From contig CAYMQV010000003.1 in NCBI GenBank assembly GCA_964392395.1, positions 1 to 54,562 of the forward strand: a stretch of 54,562 nt of DNA, read 5' to 3'. Source of the stretch: an uncultured Gemmatimonadaceae bacterium (GTDB taxonomy: Bacteria > Gemmatimonadota > Gemmatimonadetes > Gemmatimonadales > Gemmatimonadaceae). This document shows positions 44,322-53,811 of this stretch, piece by piece; positions within the stretch are counted from its first letter, which is position 1, and every line of letters starts with the position of its first letter. The notes beneath the pieces are model-generated. The model made no database searches and was not told the origin of the DNA. It saw nothing but the letters and a program-made list of their open reading frames with translations. Position numbers and translations under genes: made by a program.

Positions 44322-44838
44322 GGTTGATCCTCCATCAGCGCCACGAAGCGAGCCCACGTCGCCGTCAATCCGAAGCGCTCGGTCAGGGCGTCGAAGCGCA
44401 ATCGCTCGAGTGTCCCCGACGCCCGGAACTGCGATAACCGGATCTTGTCCTTCAGACGCCCTGTCTCGAGTGCGATCGCGGCCAGGTGTTCCTGCGACAC
44501 GACGGCGACCGCTTGTCCGTCGACGCTCATGCGCACCGCATGTACCAGCGCATCGTCGACGAGCGGTGTGGTGGCTGGGAGGAACGGTACGGGCCACTCC
44601 GCGATGACCAGATGCTCATTCTGTACCACGGCTCCACGCGTTGTGAAGTCGTCATAAATCGGGGCCAGCGATACCAGGAGCGACGCGGACTGATCGAAGA
44701 CTACGAAGACGTCCACGTCCTGGGTGGCGGCTGGCTCAATGTAAAACGTTGCGCCGACCGCCCCACCAACGGCATAGCGTGCGACAATGCCGTCCGCGAC
44801 CGCAGCCTCAACTCGGCGAAGATGTCAAGCAGTGCCAT
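44318..44838 (-). pseudogene. nucleotidyltransferase-fold gene with an apparent frameshift near 44806-44815
   Basis: The ATG at 44838 gives MALLDIFAEL... in one frame. The conserved ...AVADGIVARYAVGGAVGATFYIEPAATQDVDVFVVFDQ... continues in another frame, which is closed upstream by a TGA at 44825-44827. The only in-frame start (GTG 44716) lies after the GG...D-x-D motif. Confidence 0.55.
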
Positions 44839-45064
44839 CCGCGCCTCCGCTCACGAGCGCTTCCGATGATGCAGCCAGCGCTGCTGATCAATCAAGCCCG
44901 ACGTCTGCGGCAACAAGCGGGCTGCACGCGCCGACGCCACGCACGCGTCTTCCATCATGGGGTCAGAGTCCATGCTCAGGTGAGCGTGACCCGCAGCGGC
45001 TCGGAGGCTATCCTTGCTCCGAGCCTCCGTCGTTCGTTGCACCCATTTGCACAGCACACAGAGC

Positions 45065-46786
45065 ATGAGCAACCTGGCCCGTTCATCCACGCTGTTCAGC
45101 ATCGCCTGCTCGGCCCTCGTGGCCGCAGCCCCGCCCCGCCCCCTGCTCGCGCAGGAACTCGACGCGCCCACGCGCGTGCGCGTCGATTCGGTCTTCCGGC
45201 GATACGATCGCACCGACTCGCCCGGCTGCGCGATGCTCGTGCGCAGGGACGGACGCACCGCCTACGCCCGCGGCTACGGCATGGGCAGCCTGGAGCTCGG
45301 CGTCGCCATCTCGCCGCAGACGGTGATGGATATCGGCTCGACCTCCAAGCAGTTCACTGCCGCGGCGATCTGGCTGCTCGCGCAGGACGGCAAGCTCGGG
45401 CTCGACGACGAACTGCAGAAGCACCTCCCCGAACTGCCGCGCCTCGGTGCGCCCGTCACCATCCGCCACATTCTGCAGCACACGAGCGGCTGGCGGGACT
45501 ACAACGACCTGCTCGTGCTGGGCGGCGCGTCGGAGGAGGAAGCTACGACGGCGACTGACGCGATGGCGATCCTCGGAACGCAGAAGGCGGGCAACTTCGC
45601 TCCCGGCAGCTGGTGGACGTACAGCAACACGGGCTTCTTCCTCGCCAGTCAGATCGTCGAGCGCGTGAGCGGGATGTCGATGCGCCAATTCGTGAGCACG
45701 CGCATCTTCACGCCGCTCGGCATGACGCACAGTGACCTCTTCGACGATCACAACCGCATCTTCAGGAACAAGGTGCCGTCGTACGCGCCGTCGGACGGCG
45801 GCTGGCGCGTCGCCGTTGCCAACTGGGAGCAGACGGGCGACGGGGCGGTGCAGACCAGCGTCGAGGATCTGGCCCGATGGGACGAGAACTTCGATAACCC
45901 AACCGTCGGCGGCGGCGCGCTCGTCGATTCGCTGCAACAGCCTGGACACCTGAATGACGGTACGCCGTTCACGTACGCGTACGGTCTCATGGTGGATCGG
46001 TATCGCGGGCTTCGCCGAGTGCATCATGGCGGTGCGTGGGCTGGCTATCGCGCCATGTCGATGCGCTTCCCAGAGCAGCGCACGTCGGTGTACCTCACCT
46101 GCAACGCTGCGAATGCGAATACCATGACACTCGCTGAGGGTGTTGCGAGCGCCGTGCTCGGACCTGCGATGGGCATGACCACGGCCGAGCGCCTGAGGGA
46201 CAGCTTGCGCGCGCCATCGGTGACGACCATCCGGCCGTTCCATGGACTCTGGTTCGACGCCGCCGTGGGCGGGCTCACGCGGTTCATCGTGCGCGACTCC
46301 GTGCTGGTGAGCACGTCGGCCTTTGGTGGGCCTGAACGCCGGTGGATGCAGCTGCCTGACGGTCGCCTGATCGGCACGCCCGACAACGAAACGTCTCCTC
46401 GGTTGCGCTTCGAACCGGCGTCGGGGCAGATCGTGGTGGACAACGCTTCGGGCCCGCACGACCGGTTCACGAAGGTCGGCGAGATCGGCACGCTCAACTC
46501 CGCGAAGCTGGTGGAGTACGCGGGCCGATATGCGACGCCGGAACTGCCATCGGTGTGGACGGTCGTGGCGCGCGGTGATTCGCTCTTCCTCACCACGGTG
46601 TCGGGCACGCGCCACTCGCGCCAGACGCTCGAACCACTCTTTGCGGACGCGTTTCACGTGGATCGGCAGCCGCTGCGTTTTGTGCGCGACGCGCGTGGAC
46701 GGGTGATCGCAATCAGCGTGACGGGCCGCGGTGTGCGCGACCTGCGCTGGCTGCGGGTGCCACCGTCACGCGGGTTGCTCCCGTGA
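45065..46786 (+). CDS. beta-lactamase-fold serine hydrolase (S12-like) with C-terminal extension
   Basis: The signal peptide starts at the ATG at 45065. The SxxK motif lies in DIGSTSKQFTAAAIWLL. Confidence 0.85.
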   Translation: MSNLARSSTLFSIACSALVAAAPPRPLLAQELDAPTRVRVDSVFRRYDRTDSPGCAMLVRRDGRTAYARGYGMGSLELGVAISPQTVMDIGSTSKQFTAAAIWLLAQDGKLGLDDELQKHLPELPRLGAPVTIRHILQHTSGWRDYNDLLVLGGASEEEATTATDAMAILGTQKAGNFAPGSWWTYSNTGFFLASQIVERVSGMSMRQFVSTRIFTPLGMTHSDLFDDHNRIFRNKVPSYAPSDGGWRVAVANWEQTGDGAVQTSVEDLARWDENFDNPTVGGGALVDSLQQPGHLNDGTPFTYAYGLMVDRYRGLRRVHHGGAWAGYRAMSMRFPEQRTSVYLTCNAANANTMTLAEGVASAVLGPAMGMTTAERLRDSLRAPSVTTIRPFHGLWFDAAVGGLTRFIVRDSVLVSTSAFGGPERRWMQLPDGRLIGTPDNETSPRLRFEPASGQIVVDNASGPHDRFTKVGEIGTLNSAKLVEYAGRYATPELPSVWTVVARGDSLFLTTVSGTRHSRQTLEPLFADAFHVDRQPLRFVRDARGRVIAISVTGRGVRDLRWLRVPPSRGLLP

Positions 46787-46902
46787 GGTGTCCATTGGCG
46801 CTTCTTGCCACCATTTCACCCGGCACGGGCCGGGCAAACGCGCCGGACGCTCCCGGTCCCGTGGCGCGAGACTGGTGGCGCATGAGCTTCCCCACATAGC
46901 TC

Positions 46903-48213
46903 CTACTGCTTCACGCGTCGAGCATACGAGCGGAGCTCACCCCAATCGAACTCGAATCGGTCGCGCGATCCGTCCGCCGGCAGTCGAATGCGGAACGTGG
47001 CCGGATACTCCTCGGCCACGTACTCTCGCGGCCCGGCAGGGAGGAACCGCAGTGTGTCGATCAGGTCGATGTTCACCCGTAGCGCCTCGCCTTCGGGCGT
47101 CACGTCAAAGCGGAACAGCCCGTCTTCGAAGTGACCCGACAGGGGCGGAGCCGTTGCCGCCGCGCGCGCGGCGGGCGCATCTCCGATCAGCGCCGGCAAC
47201 AACTCGGTCAGCCAGACCAAGCCCTTGTTGGTCAGGATGACGACGCCGAGGTCCTCGTCTGGCACGAAGGCAATCATCGTACTGTGGCTGTCGACATTGC
47301 CGCCGTGCCATACCATCCTGTGCTTGCCGAACTCACGTGTCGAGAGGCCGAATCCGTATGGCACCTGCGTCCCGTCCGGGAGCTGACTCGGCCGCGCGAG
47401 GCGGGAGGCGCTGCCCTCGCGGGCGGCGAGGACAAGTCGGATCCAGCGCGCGAGCGGCACGGCACTGGCGCACAGTCCTCCGTCGCCGACGTACGCGGCG
47501 GCACTGGCGTCGAGTGGCGTCGGCTGTCCTTTGGCCGACACACCCGGTACGAACTGGTCAGGTCGCAAGCTGTGACACGGCACGATGCCCTCGATTCCGG
47601 CGGGACTCAACACCAGGTCGGCGAGCAGGCGGTCGAATCGCTGGCCTGTGACCCGCTCGGCGATGAGCGCCAGCGCCTTGTAATTGGTGTTGCTGTAGGA
47701 CCAGCGCGTTCCGGGTGGGAAACGCCGCGGCGCGGCCGCCGCCAGCGCGACGTAGGCCGCGATCGGCGTTCCCGGATCGCGGCCGAGCGGCCGATATCCT
47801 TCCAGCCAGAGAAAATCCTGCAGCCCCGAGGTCTGTGAGAGCAGGTGCGAGACGCGGAGGGCGGGCTCGTTGGCAAACCACTCGGGCAGGTACTCGCTTA
47901 CGCGCGCATCGAGCCGAACCTTGCCCGCGTTGGCGAGCGCCAGGATCGTGGCGGCGGTGAACTGCTTCGAGATCGAACCGAGCGGAAAGATCGTCGACGC
48001 ATCGGGCACTCGCCCGTTCGCTCCTGCCGAGCCGTACCCACGCTGCAGCATCACCGTGTCGCCACGGAGGATCGTGACGTGCGCCGCCGGGATGCCTTCC
48101 TTCGCCATGAACGCATGGACGGCAGCATCGACTCTGGCGACGTCGGTTTGGGCCGTCGCCGTCGGTGCAATGCAGAATCCCAGCAGGGTGGACAGGGCGA
48201 TCGCGGTTCTCAC
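46903..48213 (-). CDS. beta-lactamase-fold serine hydrolase (S12-like)
   Basis: GTG start with signal peptide. The SxxK motif lies in PLGSISKQFTAATILAL. Confidence 0.85.
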   Translation of the reverse strand: MRTAIALSTLLGFCIAPTATAQTDVARVDAAVHAFMAKEGIPAAHVTILRGDTVMLQRGYGSAGANGRVPDASTIFPLGSISKQFTAATILALANAGKVRLDARVSEYLPEWFANEPALRVSHLLSQTSGLQDFLWLEGYRPLGRDPGTPIAAYVALAAAAPRRFPPGTRWSYSNTNYKALALIAERVTGQRFDRLLADLVLSPAGIEGIVPCHSLRPDQFVPGVSAKGQPTPLDASAAAYVGDGGLCASAVPLARWIRLVLAAREGSASRLARPSQLPDGTQVPYGFGLSTREFGKHRMVWHGGNVDSHSTMIAFVPDEDLGVVILTNKGLVWLTELLPALIGDAPAARAAATAPPLSGHFEDGLFRFDVTPEGEALRVNIDLIDTLRFLPAGPREYVAEEYPATFRIRLPADGSRDRFEFDWGELRSYARRVKQ

Positions 48214-48692
48214 GCAGCCTCCATCAGGATCGCGGATACGAGTACGCTGCAGGGGGTGCCCGCACTGGTCGCGATAGTTGCGTCGTCGTCAGAGGACCCT
48301 GACTCGGGGTCGTGGAAGTATGCGGCGGGGTCTCCCAAGGCGCCAAGACGGGCGGGCCGGCGGAGGCGGTTCAGTTCTGGTCGGGAAGTTCAATTGGAAC
48401 CGGTCGAGCACACGTCGCGATCGCCGACGGTGCACACTGGCGGGCGGACGGTGTGACGTCGGCCACGCTGGCGTGCCTCGCGGGCCGTCCGGTTGGTAGT
48501 CCCGGCAGTGCCCCGGGACGAGGCGTTACGGGATTTCATGGAATTCGATGGCGGCGTCAGATGCGACGCCGCGGGTGCTCGGGTATGCCTCCGGTAGGTC
48601 GAGCCTCCTGGCCTGGCGCCTTGGCTGTCTGGACGAACGAACGGTCGGCACTTTGGTAGCAGGTCAACGTCATTCCCCAACCGAACTCCCGG

Positions 48693-49265
48693 ATGCCTTC
48701 GCGACTTCTGCTTCCCGCACTTGCCTTCTGCGTCGCGTCCGCGCTGCAGGCGCAGGTCACCGACACCACGACGCGTTCGGCGACGCCCAAGCTGCGTAAG
48801 ACGGTCGTGTCGATCAATCCATTCGCCGTGTTCGCCCTCTACTTCGCGGGCGACGTGGAAACCGTCGTCTCTCCCACGGCCAGCGTCGGCGCGGGCTTCA
48901 GCAACACCGGGATCGATGACTACAACAACTACAGCACGCTCGAGGTGAAGGCGCGGTACTATCCCTCGGAGAAGGCCCCGGAAGGGTTCTCCATCGCCGG
49001 TACGGCCGGAGTCGCCACGGCCAGCGGCGCGGACTGCAGCAACGGCTGCTTCATCGGGCCTGGCACCAGCCTGCCGACGACGCGCGCGACCCGCGGCACG
49101 GTCGGCACGGAGCTCAGCTACCAGTGGCTGCTCGGCCCGAAGCGGCGCTTCGTCACGGTGCTCGGACTCGGCGTGAAGCGGTTTCTCGGCCGCGAGGCTG
49201 TCTTTGATCCGCTGAGCGTCTCGGTCCTGCCCACGGCGCGCGTCAACATCGGCATCGCGTTCTGA
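48693..49265 (+). CDS. small outer-membrane beta-barrel protein (tentative)
   Basis: A signal peptide, an alternating hydrophobic pattern and a C-terminal ...VNIGIAF ending in Phe. Confidence 0.6.
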   Translation: MPSRLLLPALAFCVASALQAQVTDTTTRSATPKLRKTVVSINPFAVFALYFAGDVETVVSPTASVGAGFSNTGIDDYNNYSTLEVKARYYPSEKAPEGFSIAGTAGVATASGADCSNGCFIGPGTSLPTTRATRGTVGTELSYQWLLGPKRRFVTVLGLGVKRFLGREAVFDPLSVSVLPTARVNIGIAF

Positions 49266-49439
49266 GGTCCGGCTCCGGGATTGCGCGCGCTCGCTGGTGG
49301 CGACTTACCGTCATGATCTTCGACGAATTTCGCTCGACACTTCGGCGACAGCTACACTAGCTGAACACGATGTCGCTTCACTGCCGAAAAATCCGATGTA
49401 GCCCGTGGGGGCGTCCACGTCACTCTGCCGGGGTCGGAC

Positions 49440-52193
49440 ATGTCTGCGATGGGAAAGGAGCGCTGGAAGGCAATCGAACCGCTGTTGGATGAAGCGCTGG
49501 AGCTGGAGGGCGAGGAGCGCGTACAGTGGTTGGCGACGCTTCATGTGCGCGCGCCGGAGATGGCGAGTGATATCGAGGCGCTCTTGCGCGGCGATGCGAG
49601 TCGCGGCGGCGATTTCCTCGATGTCTCGTTACTTGCTGCCGCTGATCCGATCGTGCCGGGGCTCGTCGGTCAGGTGGTTGGCCCGTACACCCTTGTCGAG
49701 GCGATCGGCGATGGCGGCATGGGCTCCGTGTGGCGGGGGCGTCGCAGCGATGGCCGCTTCGATGGCGATGTCGCGATCAAGCTCCTGCATCTGTCGCTGG
49801 TGGGCCGCTCGGGCGAGATACGCTTCGCGCAGGAAGGACAGCTGCTCGCACGTCTGTCACATCCGAACATCGCGCGGATGCTCGACGCTGGCGTGACGCG
49901 AACGGGTCAGCCGTTCCTCGTACTCGAGTATATCAAGGGCGAGCGGATTGATCGGTTCGTCAACGCCAGACAGATGCCGCCGAGGGAGCGCATCACGCTC
50001 TTTCTTGACGTACTCGCCGCGGTGGCCAGTGCCCATGCGCAGCTCGTGCTGCACCGTGATCTCAAGCCTTCGAATATTCTCGTCGGCGATGATGGTACCG
50101 TCAAGCTGCTCGACTTTGGCATTGCGAAGCTCATGGGCGGTGGGCGAGAGCTCGCGGCCGAGTCAACGCTCACGCTCGATTTCGGCCAGGCATTCACGCC
50201 GGAGTTCGCCGCACCCGAGCAGCTGCGTGGCGAGCCGGTGTCGATGGCGACCGACGTCTACGCGCTCGGTATCGTACTGTACGTGATGCTCGGTGGGCGG
50301 CATCCGACCAGCGACGGTTGCACCACTGATGCCGAGCGACGGAATGCCACATTGACGCGCGAACCGCTGCGCCTCTCGCGGCGGATCAGCGTGATGACGG
50401 CGGACGCGCCGGAGGATGCCGTGCGGATTGCCGCCGAACGCAGTGGGTCGCTGGCGTGGCTCAAGGCACAGTATGCCGGCGATCTTGACAACATTCTGGC
50501 GAAAGCGCTGCAGAAAGACGCGCGCGATCGCTATCAGTCGGTGCAGGCGTTGGCCGACGATCTGCGCGCATACCTGACGGATCGCCCGGTCTCGGCGCAG
50601 GCAGAATCGCGCATCTACCGCGTGCGGAAGTTTGTCCGGCGCAATCGTGCGGCCGTAGTGGCAGCCGCGGCCGTCATCGTTGCCCTCGGTAGCGCAACGC
50701 TGATCACGACGATGCAGCTGTTCGAGGCGCGTCGCCAACGCGATGCGGCGGTGTTCGAGACGCGGTACGCGCAAGCCACCAATGAGTTCATGGGCGCACT
50801 CCTGACCGACTACGGGCCTGACGCGGCGCCCGTCTCCCTGCTTGGATTGCTGGACCGCGCACGCGATGTCGTCCTGACGCAAATGCAGACGGATCCACGT
50901 TTGCGCGGTCGTCTGATGGCGGAACTGGCAGATCAGTATACGCGCGCGAACGCTGGCGATGCCGCCGTAGCACTGATCATGAGTGCGGACTCCATCGCAC
51001 GGCGTATCGATGATCCCGAGCTGCGCGCGCTGGTCGCCTGCCGGATTGCCGGAAGTGCGGTGAACAGTCTGGACTCCGTCGTCGCGGTGCGTCGACTCCG
51101 TGACGGTGACGAGCAGCTTGCCCGGATGCGTGTGCCATCGGCTCGCGCGACAGCCCAATGTCTCATCGCGCGTTCGCTATTCACGCTCGCCATCGATCAC
51201 AAGAGCGCCCAGGCCGATACGTTGGCACACGCGGCGGCCGAGGTGCTCCGAGCTGATGGCATGCAAGACACACAGCTCTACCTGACCGCTCTCGAAGCAC
51301 TGACCGTGGCGCAATCGTTCGCAGGGCGCGATGCTGCGGCACTTGCAACGCGCAACGAAATCACCACCACACTCGTGCGGCAGGGGCGAGTCCAGAGTAC
51401 GGCGCTCCGCGTCTCGTACGAGGCAGAGTCGGAATTGCAGGTCACTCTTGGCAGCAATCTTGCCGAACTCGCCGCAACGCGTCGCGCCGTGGAGCTCGCT
51501 GGCGCCTCGCGTGCGGTTGGTGCGACCCCGCGGTATACGTTCCGCGCGCGCGGGCTCGCGCTCTCGAGAGGCGCGCAATACGACTCCGCGAACGTCTATC
51601 TGGAGCGATACATGCGCGCGGCCGACTCGATCGGGGACAATATCGCCCGACTCGATGCGCGCAACTTCATCGTGAAGAATCTTGCACAGCAGGGCCGTAC
51701 CGAATTGGCACGCCGCCGTATTGCAGAGATGCGAGCCATCGTTCCGTTGATCACGATGGCGAACATGCAATCGCGCGTCATCGTGGCGGATGCCCAACTC
51801 GCGGTCGCCGAGGGTCGGCCGGAGTCCGCGTTCGGCGCACTCGACTCGCTGGTCCGTGCGAAAGGATTTCCCGGGAAGGTCCGGATGCTCAATGCGACCA
51901 CCGTCGTGATGGAGCACGCGACTGTTTCGCTCGCAGCGCACCGATGGTCGCTGGCGGATACGTCGCTGGTGATCGTGGCGTCGAGCTACGGCACGACGAC
52001 GGAGGACCGACTGCACAATCTGAACTTCGGCGAGGCGATGCTCGGCCGGAGCCGGTCCGCCTTGGGGCTGGGCGACACGGCTTCAGCGCGCGTGCGACTG
52101 GACAGCGCGCTCGCGCCGCTCCGATTCGGATACGGCGATGCGCATCCCAGATCGCGCGAAGCAGTCGCGCTGCGGGATTCCTTGCGTCAGTAG
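49440..52193 (+). CDS. Ser/Thr protein kinase with transmembrane segment and TPR-like C-terminal region
   Basis: HRDLKPSNILV, DFGIAK and APE motifs are present. One TM helix lies after the kinase domain (AAVVAAAAVIVALGSATLI), followed by a long helical C-terminal region. Confidence 0.9.
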   Translation: MSAMGKERWKAIEPLLDEALELEGEERVQWLATLHVRAPEMASDIEALLRGDASRGGDFLDVSLLAAADPIVPGLVGQVVGPYTLVEAIGDGGMGSVWRGRRSDGRFDGDVAIKLLHLSLVGRSGEIRFAQEGQLLARLSHPNIARMLDAGVTRTGQPFLVLEYIKGERIDRFVNARQMPPRERITLFLDVLAAVASAHAQLVLHRDLKPSNILVGDDGTVKLLDFGIAKLMGGGRELAAESTLTLDFGQAFTPEFAAPEQLRGEPVSMATDVYALGIVLYVMLGGRHPTSDGCTTDAERRNATLTREPLRLSRRISVMTADAPEDAVRIAAERSGSLAWLKAQYAGDLDNILAKALQKDARDRYQSVQALADDLRAYLTDRPVSAQAESRIYRVRKFVRRNRAAVVAAAAVIVALGSATLITTMQLFEARRQRDAAVFETRYAQATNEFMGALLTDYGPDAAPVSLLGLLDRARDVVLTQMQTDPRLRGRLMAELADQYTRANAGDAAVALIMSADSIARRIDDPELRALVACRIAGSAVNSLDSVVAVRRLRDGDEQLARMRVPSARATAQCLIARSLFTLAIDHKSAQADTLAHAAAEVLRADGMQDTQLYLTALEALTVAQSFAGRDAAALATRNEITTTLVRQGRVQSTALRVSYEAESELQVTLGSNLAELAATRRAVELAGASRAVGATPRYTFRARGLALSRGAQYDSANVYLERYMRAADSIGDNIARLDARNFIVKNLAQQGRTELARRRIAEMRAIVPLITMANMQSRVIVADAQLAVAEGRPESAFGALDSLVRAKGFPGKVRMLNATTVVMEHATVSLAAHRWSLADTSLVIVASSYGTTTEDRLHNLNFGEAMLGRSRSALGLGDTASARVRLDSALAPLRFGYGDAHPRSREAVALRDSLRQ

Positions 52194-52337
52194 CCCTTTC
52201 AGTCCCGTGACTTTCGAGTGCCAGGCATACTGCAATGAGTAGCGCGACTGAACCAATCCGCGACTCGACGCAACCCAACGCAACTACGGCACAGAGCCTG
52301 GCTGCGGCGCACCGGAATCGGCGCCGTTGCGCGGGCG

Positions 52338-52376
52338 CGGGCTCCGGGAGCGGGCTCCGGGAGCGGGCTCCGGGAG
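52338..52376 (+). repeat. 13-bp tandem repeat CGGGCTCCGGGAG x3
   Basis: Three perfect units lie 145 nt downstream of the kinase stop. Neighbouring units can form short GGAGC/GCTCC stems. Confidence 0.9.
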
Positions 52377-52945
52377 CGGTCACTGACCTCACGTTGGTCG
52401 CGTCCCTCCGGAGTGTGATCACTGTCTGACGCCGAACACATCAACGCGGCTTTCGACCGTCTGGCCAACGCGATCTCGCGTCGCCCGTCGCCATGCCGCA
52501 ACTGTGAACCGACGTACGCATCATGGGGCCGTCACCGGCCGCGCCGCATCGACGCTGTTACTTCTCACGCGGCCGTGGCACGTCGATCGAGTCGGCCCAC
52601 GGCCCGAATCTCGGATCGGTGCGGAGGGGAGCGAGATAGGGATCGGTCTGCGCGAACACCAGGTCCGGCGTGCGTTCGCGCGGTTTCCGGCGTGCGTCGC
52701 GGCGACGACCTGGATGCTCCCACAACCCGGAGCCGAGGGCCACGCCGTGCTCAGCGCCGCAGCGGCAAGCAGCGGCAAGCAGCGGCGATGATTTCAGCGC
52801 ACGTGTCTGGACGCGAGACAATGCAATGATTGGCGACCTGGTTGCCGCCCGGCCGGAAGTGGTGGGCCGCGATGTCGGACGCGTCCGTCTTGAGGACAGC
52901 ACGCTCAGCGTCATCGTTGAGTCGCCGACCGACGACCGGGAGCCC

Positions 52946-53340
52946 TCGCTTTCACCTGATGACGGAAAGTGGCTCGCACAAACCTCCAACATCTCTGGTG
53001 CAAACGAAATCTGCGTGCGGCCATACACCGACAGTGGAGCGGCCGTACTGGTGTCGGCGCGCGCCGGCGTGGCGGCGCACTGCTCGGTCGACGGCAGTGA
53101 ACTCGTCTACCGGGCGGGCATGCGCTGATGGTGGTGTCAGTCCGCACACGGCCGGCATTTGCGGTGGTACGAGCACCGCAGGTGCTGTTCAGTGGACCGT
53201 ACGACTTCAGTCTGACGCGCAACTGGTCGCCGAGCCCGGATCGCAGCTTCATCATGGTGAAGGCCGATCCGACGATGGCGCGCCAGCTGCGCGTCGTCTT
53301 CAACTGGCTTGATGAGGTGAAGGCCATCGGTCAGAATTGA
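52946..53340 (+). pseudogene. C-terminal remnant of a TolB/PD40-repeat protein, frameshifted near 53120
   Basis: SLSPDDGKWLAQTSNISGANEICVRPY...CSVDGSELVYRAG lies in one frame. ...VSVRTRPAFAVVRAPQVLFSGPYDF...SPSPDRSFIMVKAD...LRVVFNWLDEVK lies in the next. This is the typical end of PD40 beta-propeller proteins, and no N-terminal part is present. Confidence 0.55.
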
Positions 53341-53424
53341 TGCGGGGACCTGTGTTGACGGTTCGCACACCAGGCGCCCGAACGTGATTGTGTCAGACGC
53401 GCCGGTAGTTGGCAGAGTCAGACG

Positions 53425-53730
53425 ATGGCGGCGCGCAGACGCCCGGGGATCTCGGCCGGGATGATCGAGCAGGTCTGGGAGCAGGTCTGGGAGCAGGTGT
53501 GGGAGCAGGTCTGGGAGCGGGTGTGGGAGCGGGTCGAGGCGGGCGATTCGTTCCTGGCGATTGGCCACGCCCTCGGGAAACCGGCGGGATTGATGTACAC
53601 GGTGTTCCGCACGCACGGCGGGATCGCGCCTCGGGTCGCACCGCGTCCTCCGCCGACGCCGAGTGAAACTCTGAACCCGCCTGCCCTTTCGCGAAAAAGG
53701 TCCCGCGCCGACCTTACAAAGTACGGATGA
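53425..53730 (+). mobile_element. IS30-family transposase N-terminal remnant (no catalytic domain, no ends identified)
   Basis: RRRPGISAGMIEQVW...ERVEAGDSFLAIGHALGKPAGLMYTVFRTHGGIAP matches the N-terminal HTH region of IS30-type transposases. The reading frame decays after about 75 aa and the DDE domain is absent. Confidence 0.55.
53467..53538 (+). repeat. in-frame 12-bp tandem repeat GAGCAGGTCTGG x6 (EQVW/ERVW)
   Basis: The units lie at 53467, 53479, 53491, 53503, 53515 and 53527, and the last two are degenerate. They sit inside the IS30-like remnant. Confidence 0.9.
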
Positions 53731-53811
53731 TTGGCCTGTCACGACCGGTGTTCCGCTTTGGCCTGCGATCAGCCTCGTGGGCTCGGCAGACTTCTTCACA
53801 AGGAGGGGAGG

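Noticed and set aside
45083-46657. 524-aa minus-strand ORF antisense to the serine hydrolase gene
   Set aside because: It is Arg/His-rich with no motifs. The + strand has a signal peptide and the SxxK motif.
52558-52680. Minus-strand tail ...DPYLAPLRTDPRFGPWADSIDVPRPREK resembling a TPR/kinase protein C-terminus
   Set aside because: Only about 35 residues look protein-like and the rest of the 156-aa ORF is Ser/Arg-rich. It is mentioned under the PD40 relic finding but is too short to annotate.
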